From assembly GCA_965250285.1 (NCBI GenBank), contig OZ252299.1, forward strand, positions 4,768,001-4,832,000: a stretch of 64,000 nucleotides of DNA, in the 5' to 3' direction. The notes below the pieces were generated by a model. It was given only the letters and a program-made list of their open reading frames with translations, did no database searches and was not told the origin of the DNA. The position numbers and the translations under genes were made by a program. This document shows positions 55,299-64,000 of this stretch, piece by piece; position 1 is the first letter of the stretch, and each line of letters opens with the position of its first letter. Origin of the DNA: Myxococcota bacterium. GTDB lineage: Bacteria; Myxococcota_A; UBA9160; UBA4427.

Positions 55299-58247
55299 AT
55301 GTGCGCAGCTGCCCGCGACGCAGGGCCCCCGAATCGAACCCGCCGCTTCGCGTGCACATGCATCGTGATCGCGCTTTCGTGGGTGCTCGGCCCCGCCGCG
55401 GGGGCGGCGACCCCGCCGAGCGCGCTCGAGCCCTCTTCTGCGAATGCCGGCGGCATCGAGCCGCGATTCGAGGTCGCCCCTGCGCCCGATTGGGTCGTCG
55501 ACGTCGCGGTGCCCGAGAGCGCCGGCGTCGGCGCAGAGGCGTTGCATGATGGGGTCGCCGATCTCTTGACCGACACGCAGGTGCGGATCGGCGACCAGCC
55601 CGAGCATGCGTTCAACCGCTACGTCAGCGAAGTCGTCGAGCCCACGGGCGTATCGAGCGTCGGGCGGATCCAGATCGACTTCGCCGCGACCTACCAGACG
55701 CTCGAGCTCCACTGGATTCGACTCGTGCGCGACGGCGTGGTGCAGGAGCGACTCGACCCCGGCAAGGTGCGGATCCTGCAGCAGGAAGAGGACATCGACC
55801 TGCACATGTACCACCAGACCGCGACGGCGCTGGTGCTGCTCGATGACGTGCGGGTCGGGGATCGCGTCGACTACGCATTCTCACTCGTCGGTGCCAACCC
55901 GATCTTCGAGGGGCGATACCAGGACTGGCTCTACCTCGAGTGGTGGTATCCGTTCGGCCGGATCCACAACCGCATCGTCGCGCCCGAAGACCGCGCGCTC
56001 TTCTTCGAACGGCACAACACCGACGAGCTGCCCGAGCGGCGAGCAATCGAAGGGCGCGACGGCCTCGTCGAGTGGGTCTGGCAAGGCGACGCCGTCGGGG
56101 CCGCCCTGAGCGAAGACTCGATGCCGTCCGATCTCGATCCGCTCGCCGCGCATCAGGTCAGCGAGTTCGAGACCTGGGGCGAGGTCGCGAGCTGGGCGAG
56201 CAGCGTCTTCGAGGTCGGCGACCCAGATGCAGACAACGGTGTACGGAAACTCGCCGAGGAGATTCGCGCGGCCCACGCCACAGACGAGGAGCGGATCATT
56301 GCCGCGCTTCGCTTCGTGCAGGACGACGTGCGCTACCTCGGCCTCGAGATCGGCGTGAACGCGTTCCGTCCGCACGCGCCGGCGCTCACCCTCGAGCGCC
56401 GCTTCGGCGACTGCAAGGACAAATCGAGCCTCTTGGTCGCGCTGCTGACCGAGCTCGGAGTCGAGGCACACGTCGCGCTCGTCAACACCGAGCTCGCAGG
56501 CGCCGTCGAGGCGCTGCACCCCACCGCCAGCGCCTTCGATCACGCCATCGTCCGCGTCACGTACGACGGGCGGTCGTGGTGGCTCGACCCGACGCTCACC
56601 TACGAGCGGGGCCCACTCGCAGACGAGGAGTGGTTCGAGTATGGCCACGCGCTCGTGGTCGACGTGTCGAGTGAAGCACTCGACGTCGTCGAGCCGCACG
56701 AGAGCCGCGTGCTGCCGGCGCGCATCGAACACGCGTACACGAGTGAGTCCTACACGGCGCCGACGCAGCTCGAAGTGAGGTCGACGTACCGGGGTGACCG
56801 CGCCGATTCGTTTCGAGCCTGGGCCGCTTCGATGGCGAACGACTCGATCGAGCGGCAGTACCAGAACTACTACGCACGTGACATGCCCGACATCGAGCTC
56901 GCCCAGCCGCTTCAGATCGAGGACGACGAGGTCACCAACACGATCGTGGTGACCGAGCGCTACCGCGTGCCCGACCTGTGGTGGCGGCGCGATGTCGATG
57001 GGCCGTGGCGCGCAAACTTCGTCGCGCGCGAGCTGCGCGATGAGCTCTCGACGCCCGACACCGTACAGCGCACGCACCCGCTCGCGGTCGCGCATCCGGT
57101 TCGGACCGAGGTGACGATTCGCGTCGACGCCGCCGAGCCAATCAAGGTGCGCACGGTCGACGACCGCATCGAGGGCCCGGCGTTCGCCCTCGACTACGCC
57201 GTGCGGGCCGACGGCGACGACGCGGTCATCGATTACGTCTACGTGTCGACGGCCGATCGTGTGGCGCCCGGCGAGGTGGGCAGCCACCTCGACGCCGTCG
57301 ACGAGGCCTGGAACACGACCGAGTATCGAATCGGCACGAGCCGACTCGACGCGGTGACGGATCGAGCGACGCGCATCGACCGCGCGCTTCGCAACGGCGC
57401 GGTGGCCGCCGTCGTGCTGACGGGGCTCGTCTTCATCGCGTGGCCCACCCTGCTGCTTCGCCGGGGTGTCGGCGGTGTACTGCGTGGTGACCTCGCGCGA
57501 GCCACCACGCGCCTGCGCATGGCTTCGCGCATGGCGCCGGCCCGCAGCGGCCTCGCGCGACGCAGTGAGCTCGCGCTCTCTCTCGCGCTCGGTACATGGG
57601 GCCGACGCGACGAGGCGCTCGGCCTCGCCGCCCGGATGGCGCGCCTGGACGCGAATCCGCTGCGGGCCCGCCTCGTGCGGGCCGCCGCGTGGGCGTGGCG
57701 CGCGGAGCTGGCGCGCGACGTCGATGCCGAGACGGCGCTCGCCCATGCCGATCGTGGTGTGGACCTCGCCCGTGAGCTGACCGGGGCCGACGGCTGGGCC
57801 GTGCGCGCCTGCACCCTCTCGACGCGCGCCGGCCTGCGAGCCCGCGGCGGAGATCTCGAGGCCGCCGCGCGCGACCTCGATGAGGCCCGCTCCCACCGAA
57901 GCGAAGAAGGCGACCGCGCCCGGGGCTGGTTGCCCCTGCTTCGCCTCATCGCGAATACCGACCGGGCCGCCGTGCAGGTCGCCGCGGCCCGTGGCGACCT
58001 CGAGGTCGCCCTGCGCGCGAGCGAACGCTACCTCGCCGACGCGAAGCAGCGCTGGCCCGCCGCGCATCCCGCGCTCATCGACGCGATGTGCCTGCACGCC
58101 GAGTGTCTGATGGCCGCGGGCGACGCGCCGGCAGCGGTGCGCGCCATCGCCGGCGTCGAGTCGGCCCTCGGCCCTCACGTCGATGCCGAGAGCCCGCTGC
58201 GCACGCGCGCAGCCGAGCTTCGGGCCCAGCTCGCAGCCAGCGGCTAG
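55299..58247 (+). CDS. DUF3857 + transglutaminase-like protein with C-terminal TM and helical tail
   Basis: APAPDWV, DVRVGDRVDY, FVQDDVRY, GDCKDKS, FDHAIV, WLDPT. Confidence 0.82.
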   Translation: MCAAARDAGPPNRTRRFACTCIVIALSWVLGPAAGAATPPSALEPSSANAGGIEPRFEVAPAPDWVVDVAVPESAGVGAEALHDGVADLLTDTQVRIGDQPEHAFNRYVSEVVEPTGVSSVGRIQIDFAATYQTLELHWIRLVRDGVVQERLDPGKVRILQQEEDIDLHMYHQTATALVLLDDVRVGDRVDYAFSLVGANPIFEGRYQDWLYLEWWYPFGRIHNRIVAPEDRALFFERHNTDELPERRAIEGRDGLVEWVWQGDAVGAALSEDSMPSDLDPLAAHQVSEFETWGEVASWASSVFEVGDPDADNGVRKLAEEIRAAHATDEERIIAALRFVQDDVRYLGLEIGVNAFRPHAPALTLERRFGDCKDKSSLLVALLTELGVEAHVALVNTELAGAVEALHPTASAFDHAIVRVTYDGRSWWLDPTLTYERGPLADEEWFEYGHALVVDVSSEALDVVEPHESRVLPARIEHAYTSESYTAPTQLEVRSTYRGDRADSFRAWAASMANDSIERQYQNYYARDMPDIELAQPLQIEDDEVTNTIVVTERYRVPDLWWRRDVDGPWRANFVARELRDELSTPDTVQRTHPLAVAHPVRTEVTIRVDAAEPIKVRTVDDRIEGPAFALDYAVRADGDDAVIDYVYVSTADRVAPGEVGSHLDAVDEAWNTTEYRIGTSRLDAVTDRATRIDRALRNGAVAAVVLTGLVFIAWPTLLLRRGVGGVLRGDLARATTRLRMASRMAPARSGLARRSELALSLALGTWGRRDEALGLAARMARLDANPLRARLVRAAAWAWRAELARDVDAETALAHADRGVDLARELTGADGWAVRACTLSTRAGLRARGGDLEAAARDLDEARSHRSEEGDRARGWLPLLRLIANTDRAAVQVAAARGDLEVALRASERYLADAKQRWPAAHPALIDAMCLHAECLMAAGDAPAAVRAIAGVESALGPHVDAESPLRTRAAELRAQLAASG

Positions 58248-58360
58248 CGCTGCGCGCTCGGTGCATCGACGCGCGGTGCGATCACGGGCGAGGCGCTCGG
58301 GCAACGACTAGTCTGATTCGACCGGCGGCATCCCCGCACGGCCCGAACGGAGGCACCCCC

Positions 58361-59407
58361 ATGCAGATCGCCACCATGCTCGGCTACTCGGGCGGCTTCG
58401 AAGACTCGGTCGCCGAGGTGCAGCGCCTCGAACAGGAAGGCCTCGACACGGTGTGGGTCGCCGAAGCCTACGGCTTCGACGCACCGAGCCTGATGGGCTT
58501 CATCGCCGCGCGCACGTCTCGGGTGCGCATCGCGTCGGGCATCCTGCCGATCTACACGCGCACGCCGACGCTGCTCGCGATGACCGCCGCCGGCGTCGAC
58601 GCGCTCTCGGGTGGGCGCGCCATGCTCGGGCTCGGTGCGTCGGGGCCGCAGGTCATCGAGGGCTTCCATGGCGTGAAGTACGACGCCCCGCTCACGCGCA
58701 CCCGCGAGATCATTGAGATCTGCCGTCGGGTCTGGCGACGCGAGCGCCTCGAGCACGACGGACGCAAGTACCAGATGCCGCTGTCGGCCGAGCAGGGCAC
58801 GGGCCTCGGCAAGCCGCTCAAGATGATCACCCACCCGGTGCGCGACGACATTCCGATCGCGGTCGCGGCGCTGACGCAGAAGAGTGTCGCACAAACAGCC
58901 GAGCTCGCGGACGGCTGGCTGCCGGTCTTCTTCCATCCGACGAAGGCGATGGATCGCTGGGGCGACGCGCTCGCGGAGGGTCGATCGAAGCGAGACCCGT
59001 CACGGGGTCCGCTCGAGGTGTTCGTCGGTGGCTCCGTCGCCATCGGCGATGGCCTCGAAGCGCTGCGCGATCGCGGGCGTCCGATGACGGCGCTCTACGT
59101 CGGCGGCATGGGCGCGAGAGAGAAGAACTTCTACAACGACGTCTTCGCGAGCTATGGCTACGAGAAAGAGGCGAAGGAGATCCAGGATCTCTACCTCTCC
59201 GGCAAGAAGCGCGAGGCCGAGGCCGCGATCCCGGCGGGCTTCATCGAGGAGACCACCCTCATCGGCCCCGAAGGCTTCGTGAAGGACCGGCTGGTGCAGT
59301 ACAAGGAGTCGGGCGTCACGTCGCTCAACGTCTCACTGCACGGCCACACGCTCGACGAGCGCGTGCGTACCCTCGGTCTGCTGCGCGAGATCCTGGCCCA
59401 GATCTGA
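58361..59407 (+). CDS. LLM-class (probably F420-dependent) oxidoreductase
   Basis: WVAEAYGFDA, RTPTLLAMTAA, GLGASGPQVIEGFHG, YVGGMGAREKNFY; GGAGG RBS. Confidence 0.9.
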   Translation: MQIATMLGYSGGFEDSVAEVQRLEQEGLDTVWVAEAYGFDAPSLMGFIAARTSRVRIASGILPIYTRTPTLLAMTAAGVDALSGGRAMLGLGASGPQVIEGFHGVKYDAPLTRTREIIEICRRVWRRERLEHDGRKYQMPLSAEQGTGLGKPLKMITHPVRDDIPIAVAALTQKSVAQTAELADGWLPVFFHPTKAMDRWGDALAEGRSKRDPSRGPLEVFVGGSVAIGDGLEALRDRGRPMTALYVGGMGAREKNFYNDVFASYGYEKEAKEIQDLYLSGKKREAEAAIPAGFIEETTLIGPEGFVKDRLVQYKESGVTSLNVSLHGHTLDERVRTLGLLREILAQI

Positions 59408-59601
59408 ACGGCGCATCGGGTCACAGGTGCGGGCCCGGTCTCGTGCGCGTCGCCGACCGCTCCGCGCGGCATCCAAGCAAGTGAGGCCCGTCGAGCGAGG
59501 CGGCCGGCGGAGGCTTCGCCGCGGTGCTCTCCTTGTTCGAGTCGGGCCCGGCCGAGTCGCCTCGGGCGAGCGCCGAGCGACGCACCGACCCAGGAGCCCA
59601 C

Positions 59602-60171
59602 GTGGACTACTACGACCCGCATCCGACGCTGCAGCTCGAACGATCGCTGGCGCTCGTCGGGTTCATGGGCTCGGGCGTGCGCAACGTCGCGCGCGGTCTG
59701 TCGGCGCGCACGGGTCTGCCGCTCCACGACCTGCAGCGCATGGCCGAGAGCGAGGCGGGCATGTCGTGGGCGCGGCTGCTCCTCGAAGGCGGACCCGACG
59801 GGCTCGCGCGGGCCGAAGCGCGCGCCCTCGACCGGGCCCTCGGCGAAGCGCAGCCGGGCGTCATCGCGTTCTCGCACGGGGCCCTGCTCGATGCCGGCAT
59901 TCGCGAAGCCGCGCTGTCGCGCACGCGCCTGGTCTATGTCGAGCGCCCGCTCGACGTGGCGTTCGAGCGCGTGCGGGCGAAGCTGAAGGCCCAGCCCGCG
60001 AGCATCGCCGAGTTCATGCTTGGCCCGCCGCGCCGGGTCGACGATCTGAAGCCCTACTTCGACGAGCGCGAACCCGGCTACCTCGAGGTGCCGGTGGCGA
60101 TCGGGGCGCGCGATCTCCACGACCAGGAGATCGTCGAGAGCCTGCTCGGGGAGCTGCGCGAAGGCGCCTGA
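59602..60171 (+). CDS. Shikimate-kinase-like protein with degenerate P-loop
   Basis: ALVGFMGSGVRNVARGLS, AGMSWARLL..G, LVYVERP, EREPGY; GTG after CAGGAG. Confidence 0.72.
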   Translation: MDYYDPHPTLQLERSLALVGFMGSGVRNVARGLSARTGLPLHDLQRMAESEAGMSWARLLLEGGPDGLARAEARALDRALGEAQPGVIAFSHGALLDAGIREAALSRTRLVYVERPLDVAFERVRAKLKAQPASIAEFMLGPPRRVDDLKPYFDEREPGYLEVPVAIGARDLHDQEIVESLLGELREGA

Positions 60172-60366
60172 TGCTCGACGCGGCGCGCGCGCTCCGGAGC
60201 GCGCGTGGCTGAGCGCGTGGCTGAGCGCGACGACGCACGCCCTTGCGTGACGTCCCGCACACGCCTCATCTCGATTGCGCGAACGAATCGGCCCCCGGTG
60301 CCGCCCGTCACCCAGCATGTCTACGAGACGCCGATGCAGAGAGGGACTCCAGACGGGAGACCTCCC

Positions 60367-60675
60367 ATGCGACTCCTCATCTTCGGCTTCATCGTCGGTC
60401 TCGCGGCCATGCACCACGAGACCCTCCTCGACCACGGAGAGCAGCTGCTCTCGCCCGGTGACTCACCCGAGGTCGTCGCCGCCCTCGAAGTTCGATGCGG
60501 CGGCGCCGTGGGCCTCGATCGCCGTCACTGCGAGGCCGACCTCCGCGAGGCCTTCGAGCGGGGCACCAGCGATGCAGGGACGATCGTGCGACTGCACTGC
60601 ACGCACTTCGACAATCGCTGGAGCGCCGAGCAGCGCAACGACTCGCCGATCTGCCAGTCGCTCAGCGAGAGCTGA
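60367..60675 (+). CDS. Small hypothetical exported protein with 4 Cys
   Basis: Hydrophobic N-terminus MRLLIFGFIVGLAA; GGGAG RBS. Confidence 0.55.
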   Translation: MRLLIFGFIVGLAAMHHETLLDHGEQLLSPGDSPEVVAALEVRCGGAVGLDRRHCEADLREAFERGTSDAGTIVRLHCTHFDNRWSAEQRNDSPICQSLSES

Positions 60676-60722
60676 GCGCGGGGCGAAGCGAAACGGTTCA
60701 TCCAGAATGGGGAGGTGAAGGT

Positions 60723-60756
60723 CGGGGTCGGCGTACCCAGTTGGGCGCCGACCCCG
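60723..60756. terminator. Hairpin between convergent genes
   Basis: CGGGGTCGGCG ... CGCCGACCCCG, 11-bp perfect stem. Confidence 0.55.
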
Positions 60757-60775
60757 GCTCGACCCCTCGCCGGGC

Positions 60776-62086
60776 TCAATTCGAGCTCGGGGCCTCGAAC
60801 GCGTGGGCCAGTTGCTGCGTGATATCCCCCGCCGTCACCGGCCGGGTCTCGTCTTCGGCCGGCGGCGTGCCGCCTGCCGAGATCAGCGTCATGTCGACGT
60901 CGGGGCTCTCGGCGCGCAGCGCCGCGACGGTGCATGCCTCGCGTTTGCGATGCGCGAACGGGTCGAACGCGTAGTCGCGCGCCGCGTTGGCCCACGTCAT
61001 CTTGTGAATTTCGTCTTCGGGCACGCCTTCGAGACTCTTCGCGAGCCGCTCGGGCGCGTTGGGCCACGTCGTATCGGAGTGCGGGTAATCGCACTCCCAG
61101 TTGATCGTGTCGATGCCGACGTCGTGACGCAGCTTGATGCCGATCGCGTCGTCGATGAAGCACGTGAGGATGTGCTCGCGAAACACGTCGCTCGGCTTCT
61201 TCTTGCCGAAACTCTGATTCGTCCACTGGTGGTGGTGCTCATAGACGTAGTCGGCGCGCTCGAGGAAGTACGGGATCCAACCGATCCCCCCCTCGCTGAG
61301 CGCGATCTTGAGGTTCGGGTACTTGCGCAGCACCGGGCTCCAGAGGATGTCGGCGGCGCAGGTGACGATCGAGATCGGCGACACCGTGATCATCACGTCG
61401 ACGGGCGAATCCATCGAGCTGAAGACCATGCCGGCCGAGCTGCCGATGTGGATGCACACGACAGTGCCTTCGTCGTCGCACGCCTGCCAGAACGGGTCCC
61501 AGTGCGGATCGTGGAACGACGGCATGCCGATCTTCGTCGGGTTGTCGGTGAACGAAACCGCGTGGCAGCCCTTCTTCGCCACGCGCCGCACCTCTTCGGC
61601 CATGAGGTTCGGATCCCAGATGGGCGGGATCATCAGCGGGATGAAGCGGCCCGGGTACGTGCCGCACCACTCGTCGATGTGCCAGTCGTTGTAGGCCTGG
61701 CTCATGACGCGGGCGAGCGTCTTGTCCTCGGTCGTGTTCCAGAGCTGGCCGCAGAAGCTCGGAAACGATGGAAAGCAGATCGACGCGAGCACGCCGTTCG
61801 CGTTCATGTCGCGCACGCGCTCGTGGACGTTCCAGCACCCGGGGCGCATCTGGTCGTAGCTCGTGGGCTCGACCCCGTACTGCTCGGGCACCCGGCCCAC
61901 GACCGCGTTGAGGCCGATGTTCGGCAGCTTGCGCCCGTCGAACTCCCAGACGTCGGCGCCGCCGGGCAGCTGCACGACCTTCGGCGCCTTCGCCTTCCAC
62001 TCGGGCGACAGGTGTTGGTCGAACATGTCGGGCGGCTCGACCACGTGATCGTCGACGCTGATCATGATCATGTCTTCGGGGTTCAT
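60776..62086 (-). CDS. Amidohydrolase family protein (Amidohydro_2-like)
   Basis: ISVDDHVVEPP, AYNDWHIDEW, CIHIG, LSEGGIGW, WECDYPHSD. Confidence 0.9.
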   Translation of the reverse strand: MNPEDMIMISVDDHVVEPPDMFDQHLSPEWKAKAPKVVQLPGGADVWEFDGRKLPNIGLNAVVGRVPEQYGVEPTSYDQMRPGCWNVHERVRDMNANGVLASICFPSFPSFCGQLWNTTEDKTLARVMSQAYNDWHIDEWCGTYPGRFIPLMIPPIWDPNLMAEEVRRVAKKGCHAVSFTDNPTKIGMPSFHDPHWDPFWQACDDEGTVVCIHIGSSAGMVFSSMDSPVDVMITVSPISIVTCAADILWSPVLRKYPNLKIALSEGGIGWIPYFLERADYVYEHHHQWTNQSFGKKKPSDVFREHILTCFIDDAIGIKLRHDVGIDTINWECDYPHSDTTWPNAPERLAKSLEGVPEDEIHKMTWANAARDYAFDPFAHRKREACTVAALRAESPDVDMTLISAGGTPPAEDETRPVTAGDITQQLAHAFEAPSSN

Positions 62087-62174
62087 CGCGGGCTCCTCAG
62101 CCACTTCGAGTCTTCGAGGTTCATCGCAGGCTCCTCGGCCGCGTCATCTCTTCGAGGTGCATCGCGGGCTCCTC
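62073..62174 (-). repeat. 38-bp tandem triplication of RBS + start codon, forming two 13-aa uORFs
   Basis: GAGGAGCC(C/T)GCGATG(A/C)ACC(C/T)CGAAGA with ATGs at 62162, 62124 and 62086. Confidence 0.88.
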
Positions 62175-62362
62175 CGCCGCCGGGCCGGGTCGAACATCTG
62201 GGGAGGATTCGGCGCGAGGACGGGGTTCCCGGCGCTTGAGACCGATTCTGACGCCCCGTCAGAAACTCGTCAAGCAGGGGGCGCGGACGCGGGCGTGCCC
62301 GTCCACCGATGCCCCGAGGGGCAAATCTGGAGATCGCAGGGGTGGCGTAGAGCGGGGCGCGT

Positions 62363-62863
62363 TCAGCTCTCGGCGTCGAGGGCCGTCGCGAACATCTCGT
62401 CGACGACCTGCTGCTGCGCGGCGTTCAGCTGCCCGAACTTGCAGCCCATGCCCATCTGGCCGTTCTCGGCGTTGACCCCGGTCGAGGCCACCTCGGCCGG
62501 CAGCTCGACGGTGCCGGCGCCCGGCCCGACGCGAATCAACAGCATGATCTCGGTGCCGACCTCGACCGCATGGTCGGTGGCGATGAAGAGGCCGCCGCGC
62601 GAGATGTTGCGGATCAGCGCGCTGCCGAGATCGCCGTGGTTCGAGTACTCGACGAGCATCCGCGTGGGCAGGCGGAGCGTCTGGCGCCGCTCTCCGCCCG
62701 GCGGGCGCGTGCCCTGCGGAAAGCTCTTTTCGAGCGTCGCGCGCAGCTCGGCCCAGCGCTCGAATTCACCCGGCGTCACTGAATCCTGGGTGCGCTTCTT
62801 CTCGAGCCTCCCGTACTCGCGGACGAGGGGGAGCAGTCGCTGGACGGAGTCAGGGCTCGGCAT
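62363..62863 (-). CDS. PilZ-domain protein
   Basis: RRQTLR (RxxxR) and NISRGG (D/NxSxxG) c-di-GMP motifs; GMGCKF. Confidence 0.85.
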   Translation of the reverse strand: MPSPDSVQRLLPLVREYGRLEKKRTQDSVTPGEFERWAELRATLEKSFPQGTRPPGGERRQTLRLPTRMLVEYSNHGDLGSALIRNISRGGLFIATDHAVEVGTEIMLLIRVGPGAGTVELPAEVASTGVNAENGQMGMGCKFGQLNAAQQQVVDEMFATALDAES

Positions 62864-63006
62864 GATGCGTGTCTCTTCGGAGAAACAGATCGCCGAATGA
62901 AGAGCGAGCCGGGGCCGCGTCGGTGCGAAGACGCGTCGGCCGGGGCGCCTTGCGCCGATTCGGACGGGCCCGGCCGAGGGGCCGCCGCGTAGCTAGTCTG
63001 TCCGGC

Positions 63007-63849
63007 ATGCCCGCTGCTTTTCCGCTCGAGTTCGAACCCGATCACCGCGCCCCCGACGCGGTGCCCGAAACGCCCCTCCTCTTCGCCTTTCGCGGGCGCG
63101 AGATCCTGCTCGACGAGCAGGGTCAGCTGCCGAGCGTGCAGCAGATCGATTCGAACGGGATCGAGGCCGTGCGCACGCAGTACCTGGGCCGGCTGGGCGA
63201 GACCCACTGCTACTCGGCCGAGCTCGACGACGGCGAGGCCGAGCCCGCAGGCTTCGCGTTTCGCGACCTGCGCATGGCATTCGGCTCCCTCGCCCCCGAC
63301 GTCCACGCCGTGGCCTCTCGAGCGGTCCAGATCGTCGACTGGGATCGCTCACACCAGTTCTGCGGACGCTGCGGGAGCCAGACCGAGCTCGCCGAGAGCG
63401 ACCGCTCGCGGCACTGCCCCGGCTGCAAGATCCCTTACTACCCGAAGCTCGCCCCGGCGATGATCGTCCGCGTGCTGAAGGGCGACGAGATTCTGCTCGC
63501 GCGTGCGAACAACTTTCCGCCGGGCATCTACAGCGTGCTCGCCGGCTTCGTCGAGCCGGGCGAGAGCGTCGAAGAGGCCGTCGTCCGCGAAGTCTGGGAA
63601 GAGACGCGGATCGTCGTCGACAACGTCCGCTACTACTCGAGTCAGCCCTGGCCGTATCCGAACTCGCTGATGCTCGGCTTCACGGCCGAGTACAAGGACG
63701 GCGAGATCGACACGAGCCACGATGCCGAGGTCGAAGACGCGGGCTGGTTCCGAGCCGAAGAGCTGCCCGGCGTCTTCCCGGGCCGGATCAGCATCTCGCA
63801 GTGGCTGCTCTACGACTGGGTCGACGAGCAGAAGGGCAGCGCTGGCTGA
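63007..63849 (+). CDS. nudC: NAD(H) diphosphatase / NAD-cap decapping Nudix hydrolase
   Basis: CGRCG...CPGC zinc ribbon, AGFVEPGESVEEAVVREVWEET Nudix box, SQPWPYPNSLM. Confidence 0.94.
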   Translation: MPAAFPLEFEPDHRAPDAVPETPLLFAFRGREILLDEQGQLPSVQQIDSNGIEAVRTQYLGRLGETHCYSAELDDGEAEPAGFAFRDLRMAFGSLAPDVHAVASRAVQIVDWDRSHQFCGRCGSQTELAESDRSRHCPGCKIPYYPKLAPAMIVRVLKGDEILLARANNFPPGIYSVLAGFVEPGESVEEAVVREVWEETRIVVDNVRYYSSQPWPYPNSLMLGFTAEYKDGEIDTSHDAEVEDAGWFRAEELPGVFPGRISISQWLLYDWVDEQKGSAG

Positions 63850-64000
63850 CGCGCATCAATCGCGGCGTCCGCGCGGCTGCGCTCGCGGCGCCCCCGCGCG
63901 AGGGCACCCAGCAGCGGCAGCCCGGCCCCCCACATCGCGAGCCAACCCGGCTCGGGCACGGGCAGACAGGGCGCCGGCGGCGCGGGCGGCGTCGGCTCGG
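63810..64000 (-). CDS. C-terminal end of a PEP-CTERM-type protein (partial, enters from the right edge)
   Basis: Translation ...PCLPVPEPGWLAMWGAGLPLLGALARGRRERSR...TQS*; VPEP + hydrophobic stretch + Arg cluster; overlaps the nudC end by 40 nt. Confidence 0.65.
   Translation of the reverse strand, partial: EPTPPAPPAPCLPVPEPGWLAMWGAGLPLLGALARGRRERSRADAAIDARQPALPFCSSTQS

Noticed and set aside
60200..60229. 12-bp duplication GCGCGTGGCTGA
   Set aside because: Two copies in low-complexity GC-rich intergenic DNA; no evident function.
1..64000. tRNA, rRNA, IS, integrase or prophage
   Set aside because: None recognised; composition and codon style look uniform by eye.

Overview
Very GC-rich bacterial DNA, densely coding. 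Pal, RND pumps, a PEP-CTERM tail and a PilZ protein indicate a diderm, and the gene content suggests Myxococcota-like affinity (inference only). Left to right: (1) a lipid-synthesis operon on the minus strand (fabH-like, fabA, fabG, fabZ-like, fabF, ACP, plsC-like acyltransferase, PPTase, and a fused biotin carboxylase-BCCP running off the left edge); (2) exonuclease-DinG helicase, a TPP enzyme, pal, a membrane protein/redoxin/TPR-lipoprotein operon, MFS, thiI, an ECF sigma triad and sppA; (3) small catabolic genes, a P450, an orphan histidine kinase, egtB-egtD and an alkyl sulfatase; (4) a GntR/FadR-RND operon with a clear operator; (5) a ~14 kb ATPase-less type-I-like secretion locus (GAF-HlyD, M50 protease-HlyD, MFP, diguanylate cyclase, 1404-aa DUF4347/LamG/cadherin adhesin, divergent EAL protein); (6) MAPEG, DUF3857-transglutaminase, LLM oxidoreductase, a shikimate-kinase-like protein lacking the P-loop lysine, amidohydrolase, PilZ protein, nudC and a PEP-CTERM tail. 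The most unusual signals are the M50/HlyD secretion locus with a candidate C-terminal sorting motif, and short tandem duplications of gene ends or starts (79, 38 and 35 bp), two of which form unbroken chains of overlapping stop/start mini-ORFs. No rRNA, tRNA, CRISPR-cas, transposase or integrase was recognised. Family calls are by eye from motifs; no searches were run.
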